Shown: piece by piece, positions 21,253-30,316 of the stretch
Layout of the letters: the number at the start of each line of letters is the position of its first letter
Numbering within the stretch: the stretch's first letter is position 1
From: Alistipes sp.
Lineage (GTDB): Bacteria > Bacteroidota > Bacteroidia > Bacteroidales > Rikenellaceae
NCBI GenBank assembly: GCA_017399485.1
Contig: JAFQCA010000010.1
Coordinates: forward strand, 47,478 to 111,477
Reading direction: 5' to 3'
Length of the DNA: 64,000 bases
The notes under the pieces: generated by a model
Seen by the model: only the letters and a program-made list of their open reading frames with translations
What the model was told of the DNA's origin: nothing
Databases searched by the model: none
Program-made: the position numbers and the translations under genes

Positions 21253-22098
21253 TTACACAATAACTTGAACATAATCACAATATGATTGTTTCCTATCCAT
21301 TTCTGATAAGTTCCTCATTTCTACGTCAGATAGTTCAAAATCAAAAACATTATAATTATCCTCTATATGCGCCTTACTACTTGAACTTGGAATTACAACT
21401 ATGTCTCGCTGAATTATCCATCGAATTATAATCTGAGCTACAGATTTATTATGAGTTTTAGCGATTGATAACAATTTATCATTATTAAATAATTCTTTAA
21501 ACATCTCACCTTTTGTAAAAGGAGAAAATGCTTGAACCTGAATATTATGCTCTTGACAATACTGAACCACTCTTTTTTGCTGGTTTAAAAGATGTAATTC
21601 TATTTGGTTTATCATTGGATATACTCCGTAAGTTTGCTTTATCAATTCTAAATGAACAACATCACAATTACAAACACCAATCGCCCGAACTAATCCTCTA
21701 TTATAAAGCTCTAGCAACTGACCATACGCTTTTATATAATTCTTAAAGGGGGAGTGTAATAAATACAAATCAATTCTATCAGTTCCTAATCTTTTACAAG
21801 ATTCTTTATACGCACGTTTTACAGATTTGGCATTTAAATAAAGGAATCGCTTATTACCATTAAAACGTATTGCATCAATTTTTGATGTTATAAATAATTC
21901 GTCCTTATTAACATTAAATTCTCTTATTGCATCTCCCAAATCCCATTCATTAGCATATCGATTTGCCGTATCATACAAACGACAACCTTCTTCATATGAG
22001 TACTTAAATGCAATTTTTAAATCATTCCCTTTCAATGGCCAAGTTCCAAAACCAAGTATCGGCATTTTAACGCCATTAATTAGAGTCACAAACTTCAT
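21253..22098 (-). CDS. Aldo/keto reductase (AKR5/DkgA-like)
   Basis: MPILGFGTW, YDTANRY (Asp/Tyr), LFITSK, DLYLLH, RAIGVCN and INQIELH. Confidence 0.93.
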   Translation of the reverse strand: MKFVTLINGVKMPILGFGTWPLKGNDLKIAFKYSYEEGCRLYDTANRYANEWDLGDAIREFNVNKDELFITSKIDAIRFNGNKRFLYLNAKSVKRAYKESCKRLGTDRIDLYLLHSPFKNYIKAYGQLLELYNRGLVRAIGVCNCDVVHLELIKQTYGVYPMINQIELHLLNQQKRVVQYCQEHNIQVQAFSPFTKGEMFKELFNNDKLLSIAKTHNKSVAQIIIRWIIQRDIVVIPSSSSKAHIEDNYNVFDFELSDVEMRNLSEMDRKQSYCDYVQVIV

Positions 22099-22100
22099 AA

Positions 22101-23030
22101 TTATAAATATGATTTTAGGATTTGATACTTGGGGACGCCATCACACACTTGTGTACATTGGCCAGGGCAAAAATTACCCTCAATAAGTTCAAAGCCGTTT
22201 GGAGTAATCGCCACATCCCAACCCACATATCGCGCATTAGGCATAACATAGGCGACCTTCATTATATACTCCTCTAGTTGCTCAATATACGGCACCTTAA
22301 AACCTACAAATTTTATATTACTTTGAGGATGAACATCGCACCACCAACCTTGTGGATTATATCCATCCTTATCAACCTTTCCTGTTTCCATATCAATGTG
22401 ACACATTACACCGCCACTATGACAGTTACTAACAATAGTATGCTTCATTCCTACCATTAACAAAACATTTTGGAGATGAAAATCACCTTTGCTATCTATA
22501 CAGGTTTCCACTCGCAGCGTATGCAATGACGAAGGATTTAGCGCTCTTATATCTGGATGATTTACAAGCACTTCCTCTATCATATAGTGATTACCTTTTT
22601 TTACATCTGCTAAAATAGCATCTACTTCTGAAATATCAATTACTCTAACCCCGATTCCCCATGTTGATGAGGCCGGTTTTATAACAACTTTACCGTGCTT
22701 ATTAATAAATGTTCTAATTTGTTCAGGTGATACATCCTCAGTCCATATCCACTCACGTTTCACAAATGCAAAGAATCTCTTACTAAATAAATTTTTCTTT
22801 GCTAATATATTACGTGCTTCATCATCGTAAAAATTCTTATAAAACAAGCGCTTATTTCCAGATGTTACATATTCTTTTTTCTCCGCATGTGTTTTACTAT
22901 AAAACGCCATTGAGATATAGTCATCAGCTAATGCACCATACTTATAAATAGAATAAATCATATCCAGAAAATAGTATAATTTTTTCTTATCCCTTAGGGG
23001 GGGGGTGTTTAAGTGCTTGTTTACAGGCAC
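22101..23030 (-). CDS. Sugar-transfer-associated ATP-grasp protein; likely true start ATG 23064 is out of frame across a C9 tract
   Basis: VVIKPASSTWGIGV, IEEVLVNHPDIRALNPSSLHTLRV, HPQSNIKFVGFKVP and YVGWDVAITPNGFELIEGN fit the ATPgrasp_ST type. See the finding on the homopolymer. Confidence 0.85.
   Translation of the reverse strand: MPVNKHLNTPPLRDKKKLYYFLDMIYSIYKYGALADDYISMAFYSKTHAEKKEYVTSGNKRLFYKNFYDDEARNILAKKNLFSKRFFAFVKREWIWTEDVSPEQIRTFINKHGKVVIKPASSTWGIGVRVIDISEVDAILADVKKGNHYMIEEVLVNHPDIRALNPSSLHTLRVETCIDSKGDFHLQNVLLMVGMKHTIVSNCHSGGVMCHIDMETGKVDKDGYNPQGWWCDVHPQSNIKFVGFKVPYIEQLEEYIMKVAYVMPNARYVGWDVAITPNGFELIEGNFCPGQCTQVCDGVPKYQILKSYL
22997..23005 (-). repeat. C9 homopolymer (G9 on + strand) in the 5' end of the ATP-grasp gene
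   Basis: Directly counted: 9 G at 22997-23005. Removing one fuses the ATG-23064 frame with the main ORF. Confidence 0.85.
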
Positions 23031-23071
23031 TTATTTCTTTTACAATTCTATAAATTACATTCATTGTATTT

Positions 23072-24904
23072 TTATTTTATATTAAACAATCTCTCTTTTT
23101 CACTCAAGATTTGTGGATTATCATAATTGTCAACTATGTTTATCATTCCATATCTCATCGGTTTGGTTAGAAAGTCTCCTTTATACTTGGCATTAATGAT
23201 ACCTGGGGCAGTCATAAGTTTCTGCTCAATAGAAGATGATATCACATTTTCATCTCCAAGATATGGGGCCATAATTTCCAACGGACAAGGCTCATACTGA
23301 GGATGAAGTTTGGCAATCTGGTTCAGAAGAAAAGCGCTCTCATTAATCAACCAATCACGGCGTTCTTTTACTAAAGGCACATTCACCTCTTTCATTATAT
23401 CTTCTTTATTCTGACGGAATATACGAACTGCACGACGGATTAGACGCGAACTATCGATTATGTCAGCGGGACGAGCTGCATAGTTAGCTTCGCAATAACT
23501 TACAATATGGATAATATGAGGATTCATACACATCTGAAGGAAAGTAGAACGAGCCAACTGCCATTTAGCCAAATCCATATCAACACTCAACGATTCGATA
23601 CCTGTACGCGTCTCTCGGAATATAGATGCCGGAATTTTTCTTCCCATTGATATTCTATGAGCCATTTCAATACCAGCAAACATCTTAGCAAGATCTGCAT
23701 AATCTCCCGTTTCCTTTGGCTTATTGAATTGCATCTGGAGAACCATATTTTGCACACCACACATAGTCATTACAGCACTAATTAAAGCATAACTTGTTAC
23801 GATAATTGTATCGTGCGCCCAACGACTGCTCCACTGATTCGGATCATTCATCTCTACTGGGATACCATTCCTCGCCAACTCACGCACACATGCAAAGTGC
23901 TCCTTAATACTATCACGAACCATAGCAGGGCCACGGCCATCCAACTCATTAAACCAATAGAGAGGGACTGCTTGATGAACACCACGAAGCATACCAGCAT
24001 CTAAGCATTGTCTTACAAATCCTACAAGGTCTCTTACATGACAATAAGGCTTTACGCCAGGAAAGTTTCCATAACGGGAAGCCTGATAAAGAGCCACCAA
24101 ATCATTGAAATCCTTGTATGGAACACCTCCATCATTTTTGAATTTTTTGAACATCTCTGGATAACCGAAGTAGCGCTGACTAAGGTCGGATGAACCAAGA
24201 GAAATTTCATCTAGTACTCGAGCATTCGCCAACTCGCGTATGCCATCTACCGTTGGCTGAATATTTGGAGCAGGAATACCAAAGTGGCTTCTCAATACAG
24301 GAAACTCGGCTTCTCGAATACGAGTCACATAGTCATTGCAGGCTTCTATTGAAGGTACCGGTAAAGGTGGTTCATTCTTATAATCATCATTTCGAACTGC
24401 CTCACTTGCTAACTGATCAAAAAGTTCAATACCCTTAGGAACTAATTCATCATAAATTTGCTTGATAATCTGCTCGCGATTGATATCTATTTCAAAGAAA
24501 TCAACAGTTTCTGTTATGCGTTCTAATATCTTTGTGGAATTCTCACATAAAATAACCTGCAATGGAAGTTCATTAACCTTGCTCTTAAGTAGCTTAATTG
24601 TATTAGGAAGACCTGCAAACTGAATCTTAACATCATCATCAGGTTTGATGAGACCAGAAGTGTAAAAGTAATTAACCACCTTAAAAAGCTCTTGGACTGC
24701 CACATTCTCATTTTGGCGATAACTTAAGCCTATAAAACGGGGTTTATATTTATCAATAGCCTCATATAAGGCAGTATAATCAAGCGATGGAGGCAGGATA
24801 AGACTGCCCACCTTACCCAAGGTTGCAATCTTCGAGGCATTATGCATGCCTTCTGTATGTGGATCATTAGCAAGCGATGTTGCCACAAAAAATCTATTCC
24901 TCAT
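23072..24904 (-). CDS. Cobalamin-binding enzyme (N-terminal B12 Rossmann domain plus large putative TIM-barrel domain), function unknown
   Basis: SLANDPHTEG (DxHxxG), followed by FIGLSYR and QFAG in the flavodoxin-like B12 fold. The C-terminal domain has RSHFG, ISLGSSD, AVPLYWFNELDGRG, PVEMNDPNQWSSRWAHD and PHIIHIVSYCEA. There is no CxxxCxxC. Confidence 0.82.
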   Translation of the reverse strand: MRNRFFVATSLANDPHTEGMHNASKIATLGKVGSLILPPSLDYTALYEAIDKYKPRFIGLSYRQNENVAVQELFKVVNYFYTSGLIKPDDDVKIQFAGLPNTIKLLKSKVNELPLQVILCENSTKILERITETVDFFEIDINREQIIKQIYDELVPKGIELFDQLASEAVRNDDYKNEPPLPVPSIEACNDYVTRIREAEFPVLRSHFGIPAPNIQPTVDGIRELANARVLDEISLGSSDLSQRYFGYPEMFKKFKNDGGVPYKDFNDLVALYQASRYGNFPGVKPYCHVRDLVGFVRQCLDAGMLRGVHQAVPLYWFNELDGRGPAMVRDSIKEHFACVRELARNGIPVEMNDPNQWSSRWAHDTIIVTSYALISAVMTMCGVQNMVLQMQFNKPKETGDYADLAKMFAGIEMAHRISMGRKIPASIFRETRTGIESLSVDMDLAKWQLARSTFLQMCMNPHIIHIVSYCEANYAARPADIIDSSRLIRRAVRIFRQNKEDIMKEVNVPLVKERRDWLINESAFLLNQIAKLHPQYEPCPLEIMAPYLGDENVISSSIEQKLMTAPGIINAKYKGDFLTKPMRYGMINIVDNYDNPQILSEKERLFNIK

Positions 24905-24907
24905 AAA

Positions 24908-26131
24908 TTATAAGTACATATCACGGTTCAAAATATCATTTCCATTCTCATCTAGTACTTTCAATGTACTGATAGCTTTTTTTACTTTATTATCAAGATC
25001 TATCTGCTCCTTCGCTTCTATAAATATAGAGGCAACTCGATCGCTACTGGATGCTGGTGCATTAACATTCACGCCAAATGGACGAGTCAGAATATATTCT
25101 TTGATTATACCATTCTTGACAAGTTCGTCTAAACCTTCTATAGCCATAAACTTACCACCCGTCAAATAGATATGGCAACGACTATAGCATTTACGCGTAT
25201 TATGAATTTTCACCTCAGGCAGTTCTCCTAGCATAGATTCCAAATTTGCTCTTAGTACATTAAAACCTGTTACGTGTTCTATCGTCTTATACTTAGCTCC
25301 GCCACCTAAACGAGCAGAGAACTCTATTACACGAACATCATGATTATTTATTATTGCCTGAATAAGCAAAGGTGAATTCTTCACCTCGTAAGCTTTTGCA
25401 ATTTTATTGGCAATCTCTATGAGAGTTGTGGAAGTTTTTTCTGATAATACAGGAGGTATAACGCTTTGGTAGATAATCTGGGTACTTTCGTTTACTTGAA
25501 ATTTATTTAATTGGCACCACATAACTTTCTGAGCCTCCCCATTAATCACATAAAAATCTGCACTAATCTCTACCCCTTCATTAAACTCCTCTACAATAAT
25601 AGTATCAGTGAGTGTAAATCGAAAAGCATCCTTAGCAAACTCATTAAGTTCTGCTTCATTCAACACTTTGCGTACACCTTTTGATCCATTTGAATCTACG
25701 GGCTTTACAACAAGCGGATAGTTTAAGCCCTTGGTATCTAATTCATCCTTCGATGTAAATGTCTTAAACTTCGATGTAGGTATATCATTCTCTATCATCA
25801 GTTGTTTCATATACATTTTGTTGGTCAGATTCAACACTTGCTTCTTGCTTAGGCAACAAGGCAGCCCCAATTCTTCCGATACGACAGCCATAGTTAGCAA
25901 AGGTTGATCACCACATGCAGTCATGATATAGTTCACCTCTTCTGCAATAGCAATTTCTTTCACCTTATGCAAGTCCATCGTACTCTCTACGATATGCTTA
26001 TCTGCATATTTAGCAGCTACTACATTTGGCGCAAAATCTATAAGGATCACTTCCACATCCTTAAATTTAGACCTCAATTCCTGAATCAAAGCAGCCTGGT
26101 CATTGCCTCCCGCCAATATCATAATTTTCAT
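24908..26131 (-). CDS. ATP-grasp ligase (carbamoyl-phosphate-synthase/amino-acid-ligase-like)
   Basis: MKIMILAGGNDQ, NKMYMKQLM, YPLVVKPVDSNGSKGV, IVEEFNEGVEISAD and IEFSARLGGG. ATG 26131 is preferred to the track start at 26182. Confidence 0.9.
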   Translation of the reverse strand: MKIMILAGGNDQAALIQELRSKFKDVEVILIDFAPNVVAAKYADKHIVESTMDLHKVKEIAIAEEVNYIMTACGDQPLLTMAVVSEELGLPCCLSKKQVLNLTNKMYMKQLMIENDIPTSKFKTFTSKDELDTKGLNYPLVVKPVDSNGSKGVRKVLNEAELNEFAKDAFRFTLTDTIIVEEFNEGVEISADFYVINGEAQKVMWCQLNKFQVNESTQIIYQSVIPPVLSEKTSTTLIEIANKIAKAYEVKNSPLLIQAIINNHDVRVIEFSARLGGGAKYKTIEHVTGFNVLRANLESMLGELPEVKIHNTRKCYSRCHIYLTGGKFMAIEGLDELVKNGIIKEYILTRPFGVNVNAPASSSDRVASIFIEAKEQIDLDNKVKKAISTLKVLDENGNDILNRDMYL

Positions 26132-26144
26132 ATCTGTATATGTC

Positions 26145-26741
26145 TTAATTATTTCCCGTAAACGGGCCTGTACTAAGTACAATATCCTTTGATTTCAACA
26201 CATTCATTATGGTCATAAATATAATTTTGATATCTAACCACAAAGAACAATGGTCAACATACCATACATCCAGCTCAAATTTTTTTGTCCAACTAATTGC
26301 ATTCCGACCATTGACTTGAGCCCAACCTGTAATTCCTGGACGAACACCATGACGTCGTGCCTGTTCTTTACTATATAGTTCCAAATATTTTGTTAATAAA
26401 GGACGTGGACCTATTAAAGCCATATCCCCCTTTAACACATTAATCAACTGAGGAAGTTCATCAATAGATGTAGAACGGACAAATTTACCTACTTTGGTTA
26501 GACGATTCTCATTGGGCAATAAATTTCCATCTGCATCTCTTTCATCCGTCATACTTTTAAATTTCATCACTTTAAATATTTTACCATCCTTTCCTGGGCG
26601 TTCCTGATAGAAGATAGCCCCAGCTCCTTTATTGGCTATGGTTAGCCATATATAAATAATTAAAAGTATTGGCCAAATAATTAATAACACCGTAAGGGCT
26701 AGACAGAAGTCAATCAATCGTTTAAAAAAATGTTTATACAT
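26145..26741 (-). CDS. Initiating phosphoglycosyl transferase (PglC/WcfS-like, Bac_transf)
   Basis: [45 protein letters not shown] and [14 protein letters not shown]. Confidence 0.93.
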   Translation of the reverse strand: MYKHFFKRLIDFCLALTVLLIIWPILLIIYIWLTIANKGAGAIFYQERPGKDGKIFKVMKFKSMTDERDADGNLLPNENRLTKVGKFVRSTSIDELPQLINVLKGDMALIGPRPLLTKYLELYSKEQARRHGVRPGITGWAQVNGRNAISWTKKFELDVWYVDHCSLWLDIKIIFMTIMNVLKSKDIVLSTGPFTGNN

Positions 26742-26746
26742 AGTTA

Positions 26747-27952
26747 TTAAAAATGTTTCATTATATGATTATAAGTATTCTCAATGAGATAGTTCTCCTT
26801 CATGAATTGGTAACCCATCTCTCCCATTACAGGGATGTCGCTGGCAAGCATCTTGTCCACGGCCTTTGTAAATGCTGCAACATCATTGCTTGGAACATAG
26901 AATCCAAAACCATTCTCTTCGGCAATCGAGCCCGTATCGCAATTTGGGTCTGTGCAAGCAATCACAGGCATCCTATTCTCAAGGTATGACAGCAGACGGC
27001 TTGGGAAGTTAGGGATGGTAAAGCGGTAATCCAAGAATATCAATCCCACCTGACAAGCCTGTACTAGACGGTCGTAATCATCTTTAGGGAGTCCCTTCAT
27101 CACAGTCACAGCCTTTGGCTGACAAGTTTGATACCAGTCCGCCATTTTCTGATAGTAAGTACCACTACCCACCACCACAAAGTGGCAGTCCGCTCTATCC
27201 GCATTAGCCGCCAAGCACTGAATCAAGAATGGGATTCCCTGAGGCACACCCAAGTTACCTCCATAGATAAAAATAGGTTTATCTGTAGGGATATTGTATT
27301 TAGCGAGCACACTCTTATCTGTATTATGTTCAAGGGCAACCAACTCCAATGAATTCGGAGCTATCTCTACTCTAGTTGATGAAATCTCCGGATTGTGTTC
27401 CAACACATAACGCACATTAGCAGGACTCATGCAACCTATGTAATCTGAAAGCGCATATAGTTTCTTTTCCTTAACACGAAAAAACTTGTAAAGCAATCCT
27501 TTCAGACCTGTTTTAGAAAGCATCCCCATATCCACCGCATTCTGAGGAAAGATATCCTTTAAGAGCAGATAGGTTCTTGCTGAAGGGTTATTCTTCTTTA
27601 CATACTCTATCACATTAGGGAAGGTAATAGGAGGAGTGCTATAAAGTATAAGGTCAAAATTAATATTGCTGAAAAATTTCTTTATGGCTCGTTTGTATAA
27701 AAACTCTATTGACACCTGACCTATACCTTTCTCTATCACATTGGTCTTAGTAACATTCAATGTACGCACACCAAGGAGATGTACACCGTTCTGTACTCTC
27801 TCCTCTGTAGGAAGCCCATGCTTACGCTCACGAGGGAACACTATATAGACATCATGTCCTTCTTCTCGGAACTTACGCATCAAATCTGTATAAATTCCTC
27901 TAGCATGAAACTTTTCTATGCCCGAGGACATAGTTAGAAATAGTATGTTCAT
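26747..27952 (-). CDS. GT4 glycosyltransferase, WbuB-like (putative L-FucNAc transferase)
   Basis: [28 protein letters not shown] and NFPSRLLSY. The fnlABC genes are in the same locus. Confidence 0.85.
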   Translation of the reverse strand: MNILFLTMSSGIEKFHARGIYTDLMRKFREEGHDVYIVFPRERKHGLPTEERVQNGVHLLGVRTLNVTKTNVIEKGIGQVSIEFLYKRAIKKFFSNINFDLILYSTPPITFPNVIEYVKKNNPSARTYLLLKDIFPQNAVDMGMLSKTGLKGLLYKFFRVKEKKLYALSDYIGCMSPANVRYVLEHNPEISSTRVEIAPNSLELVALEHNTDKSVLAKYNIPTDKPIFIYGGNLGVPQGIPFLIQCLAANADRADCHFVVVGSGTYYQKMADWYQTCQPKAVTVMKGLPKDDYDRLVQACQVGLIFLDYRFTIPNFPSRLLSYLENRMPVIACTDPNCDTGSIAEENGFGFYVPSNDVAAFTKAVDKMLASDIPVMGEMGYQFMKENYLIENTYNHIMKHF

Positions 27953-28019
27953 ATTGTGATGATAAATAATCTAAGAAATATTATATTGTGAAAAATGTAT
28001 ATATACAATTATTTTATAA

Positions 28020-29207
28020 CTACTTTTCCACTAAATAGTATATTCGTTTTGCTTGTGCAAAACAATTTTTTTCATACAAGATAAAATTTCTAGCTTTTTC
28101 GCTTTTTATTCTAAGATACGTTGGATCCATTGAACAAATTTCTTCAATACGTATTCTATACCCATCAATACTCTCATCGTTGAAATAAAAAAGATGTTCA
28201 TTGTATTCTTCAGGTATCGCCGGCAATGGACACATAAGTGTCGGGGTTCCTGAAGCTAAATATTCTATAGTTTTTGATGGAAAGGAAAACTTGGTAAATT
28301 CTTCATAACTGTGACGCGGATTAACAAGTAAAGTCGCGCGCATCTGAAGAGTGCGAACCTCATTTTTTTGAAGCATTCCTAAATATTTAACTCGTTTATC
28401 TTTTTGGATATATTCATTTAATTTATTGAAATCGTCACAACTCCCACAAATCCAAAGTTGATAATCTTTACTATCTATATTATAGAAAGCTTCAATCAAA
28501 TCAAAAACACCATAACGTTTCGAAATAATACCAGAATATAATATTGTTTTTTTAGTTTCTTTAACGCATTGAGGTAATACCGATGCAGCATACATTCCTT
28601 CTACAACAATCCATTTTTTTCCCTCTAAAGAAAGTTCTGATGCCATAAATCGGCTAAACAAAACATAATACTGAAAAGCTTTTAAACACCTATTTACAAT
28701 ACGCTTATTAATAGCCTTTAGAAATTGTCTTATCACGCCATTATTGTGAGACATATGCTCAAGTAGATCTGGTATTATAACACAAATCTTCGAGATATGT
28801 TTCTTTAGGGAATATACAGCTAGCAAAAAAGGAGTATGTAGTGCATAAACATATACAACATCATTTCCTTTAAGTTGCTTTTTTAACTCTCGCCTTACTC
28901 TAATGTATTCCGATATTAACTTCAAAAAAGGAAAGTTTATAAAACCTGTGAATGTGACAGGTATCTCCTTTTTATTCAAATTTAATTCATATTTTTTTCG
29001 ATGATATTGCGACTTTTGTGAATTGGGGTATGTTGTAGTAACTGGAGATGTTATAACTTGTATTTTATTATAACATTGCGATAAGCCTTCAAGCATCCCC
29101 ATTTGAAATGTATGTGCTGCAAAATCAGCATGAGTTTGTTCTTTAATAATGTCTTCAAGAACATTTGAAGGATATATTGATCCTATAAATATCATTCTGT
29201 TACTCAT
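28020..29207 (-). CDS. GT-B (GT4-like) glycosyltransferase
   Basis: ILYSGII, LLVNPR and FSFPSKTIEYLASGTP. Confidence 0.85.
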   Translation of the reverse strand: MSNRMIFIGSIYPSNVLEDIIKEQTHADFAAHTFQMGMLEGLSQCYNKIQVITSPVTTTYPNSQKSQYHRKKYELNLNKKEIPVTFTGFINFPFLKLISEYIRVRRELKKQLKGNDVVYVYALHTPFLLAVYSLKKHISKICVIIPDLLEHMSHNNGVIRQFLKAINKRIVNRCLKAFQYYVLFSRFMASELSLEGKKWIVVEGMYAASVLPQCVKETKKTILYSGIISKRYGVFDLIEAFYNIDSKDYQLWICGSCDDFNKLNEYIQKDKRVKYLGMLQKNEVRTLQMRATLLVNPRHSYEEFTKFSFPSKTIEYLASGTPTLMCPLPAIPEEYNEHLFYFNDESIDGYRIRIEEICSMDPTYLRIKSEKARNFILYEKNCFAQAKRIYYLVEK

Positions 29208-30316
29208 CGTATATAATTAGGATTATCGTATGGATGATAATTTTCATCGATTATGCTCTTTAATGGGAGTATACGCTGTGGAACTAAAATTCTATTATTT
29301 GAAGATATTCTTAATATTGTTAATAAGAATAACGGTATTATTATCAATATATATGCAATACGTCTATTTATTAGTTTAGGTATCTGCGCCCATAGTAAAG
29401 GGATAAATACAACAAATAAGTATGCAATTCTATAAGCAATACTAAAACCTCCTGCTGAAATGTTATTACAAATCAAATATCCAACATATACTTTAATCAA
29501 GAAAACATATAATTCTGAATCTTTTTGATTTAAGATTTTCCGTTTATTTAACAAGAAAGGAATTAATAATATATGTGTAAAAATATTAACAAACGAACTC
29601 TTATTTATAATTATGTTATTATAGTCTAAATACGCTGTATAATCCAGTACATCCAAGATGTTAAAGATGGAAATAGATGATAAAAACTGACCAACAGGTA
29701 TAATAAGAGACGCTATAATACTACAAACTATAATAACTATATTATAATCCTTCTTCGAGAGAATTATAGGAAACAACATAACTATTGATGATTTATGAAT
29801 ACAAAATCCCACCAAAACAGAAATGATAACAATAACTAAATTTTGTACGCATGATTTTTGTAAATAGTTAATGTATGCACACATCATTATTGTAGCTGCC
29901 GTAAATTGGGCTACAACATTCAACGTCGCTGGATAAAGCCCAGTATAGAATATATATATAAATGCTGCTATATGAAAATTATCGAATTTTGAATACGTAT
30001 ATATACATATTGTATTTGTTAGTATTGCATTAATCAAAAAAAACAAAACCGCAGAAAAGTTTGTTTTATAACAAAACTCTTGCAACAAAATCATTATAGG
30101 CTCATTCAAGAATTTAGGTCCGAAATAATGTATCTCACGCTCACATAACTCTTTATAACCAGTATAATCCATACCGAGACCATCTCGAAATCCCGCAAAA
30201 TAAATTAACCCTAATATGATAAATAATAAGAATAATGATTTCTGTCTATTTACACATCTTGAATAACCATATATTAGAATTAGTTCATAAACTAATAAAA
30301 ATAACCAAAAGATCAT
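29204..30316 (-). CDS. EpsG-family membrane protein, putative Wzy polymerase
   Basis: About 10 TM segments with the FAGFRDGLGMDYTGY, EP and HKSS patterns of the EpsG family. Confidence 0.8.
   Translation of the reverse strand: MIFWLFLLVYELILIYGYSRCVNRQKSLFLLFIILGLIYFAGFRDGLGMDYTGYKELCEREIHYFGPKFLNEPIMILLQEFCYKTNFSAVLFFLINAILTNTICIYTYSKFDNFHIAAFIYIFYTGLYPATLNVVAQFTAATIMMCAYINYLQKSCVQNLVIVIISVLVGFCIHKSSIVMLFPIILSKKDYNIVIIVCSIIASLIIPVGQFLSSISIFNILDVLDYTAYLDYNNIIINKSSFVNIFTHILLIPFLLNKRKILNQKDSELYVFLIKVYVGYLICNNISAGGFSIAYRIAYLFVVFIPLLWAQIPKLINRRIAYILIIIPLFLLTILRISSNNRILVPQRILPLKSIIDENYHPYDNPNYIR

Noticed and set aside
23072-24904. B12-dependent radical SAM methylase, or methionine synthase
   Set aside because: No CxxxCxxC motif, and no recognisable homocysteine-binding, pterin-binding or reactivation domains.
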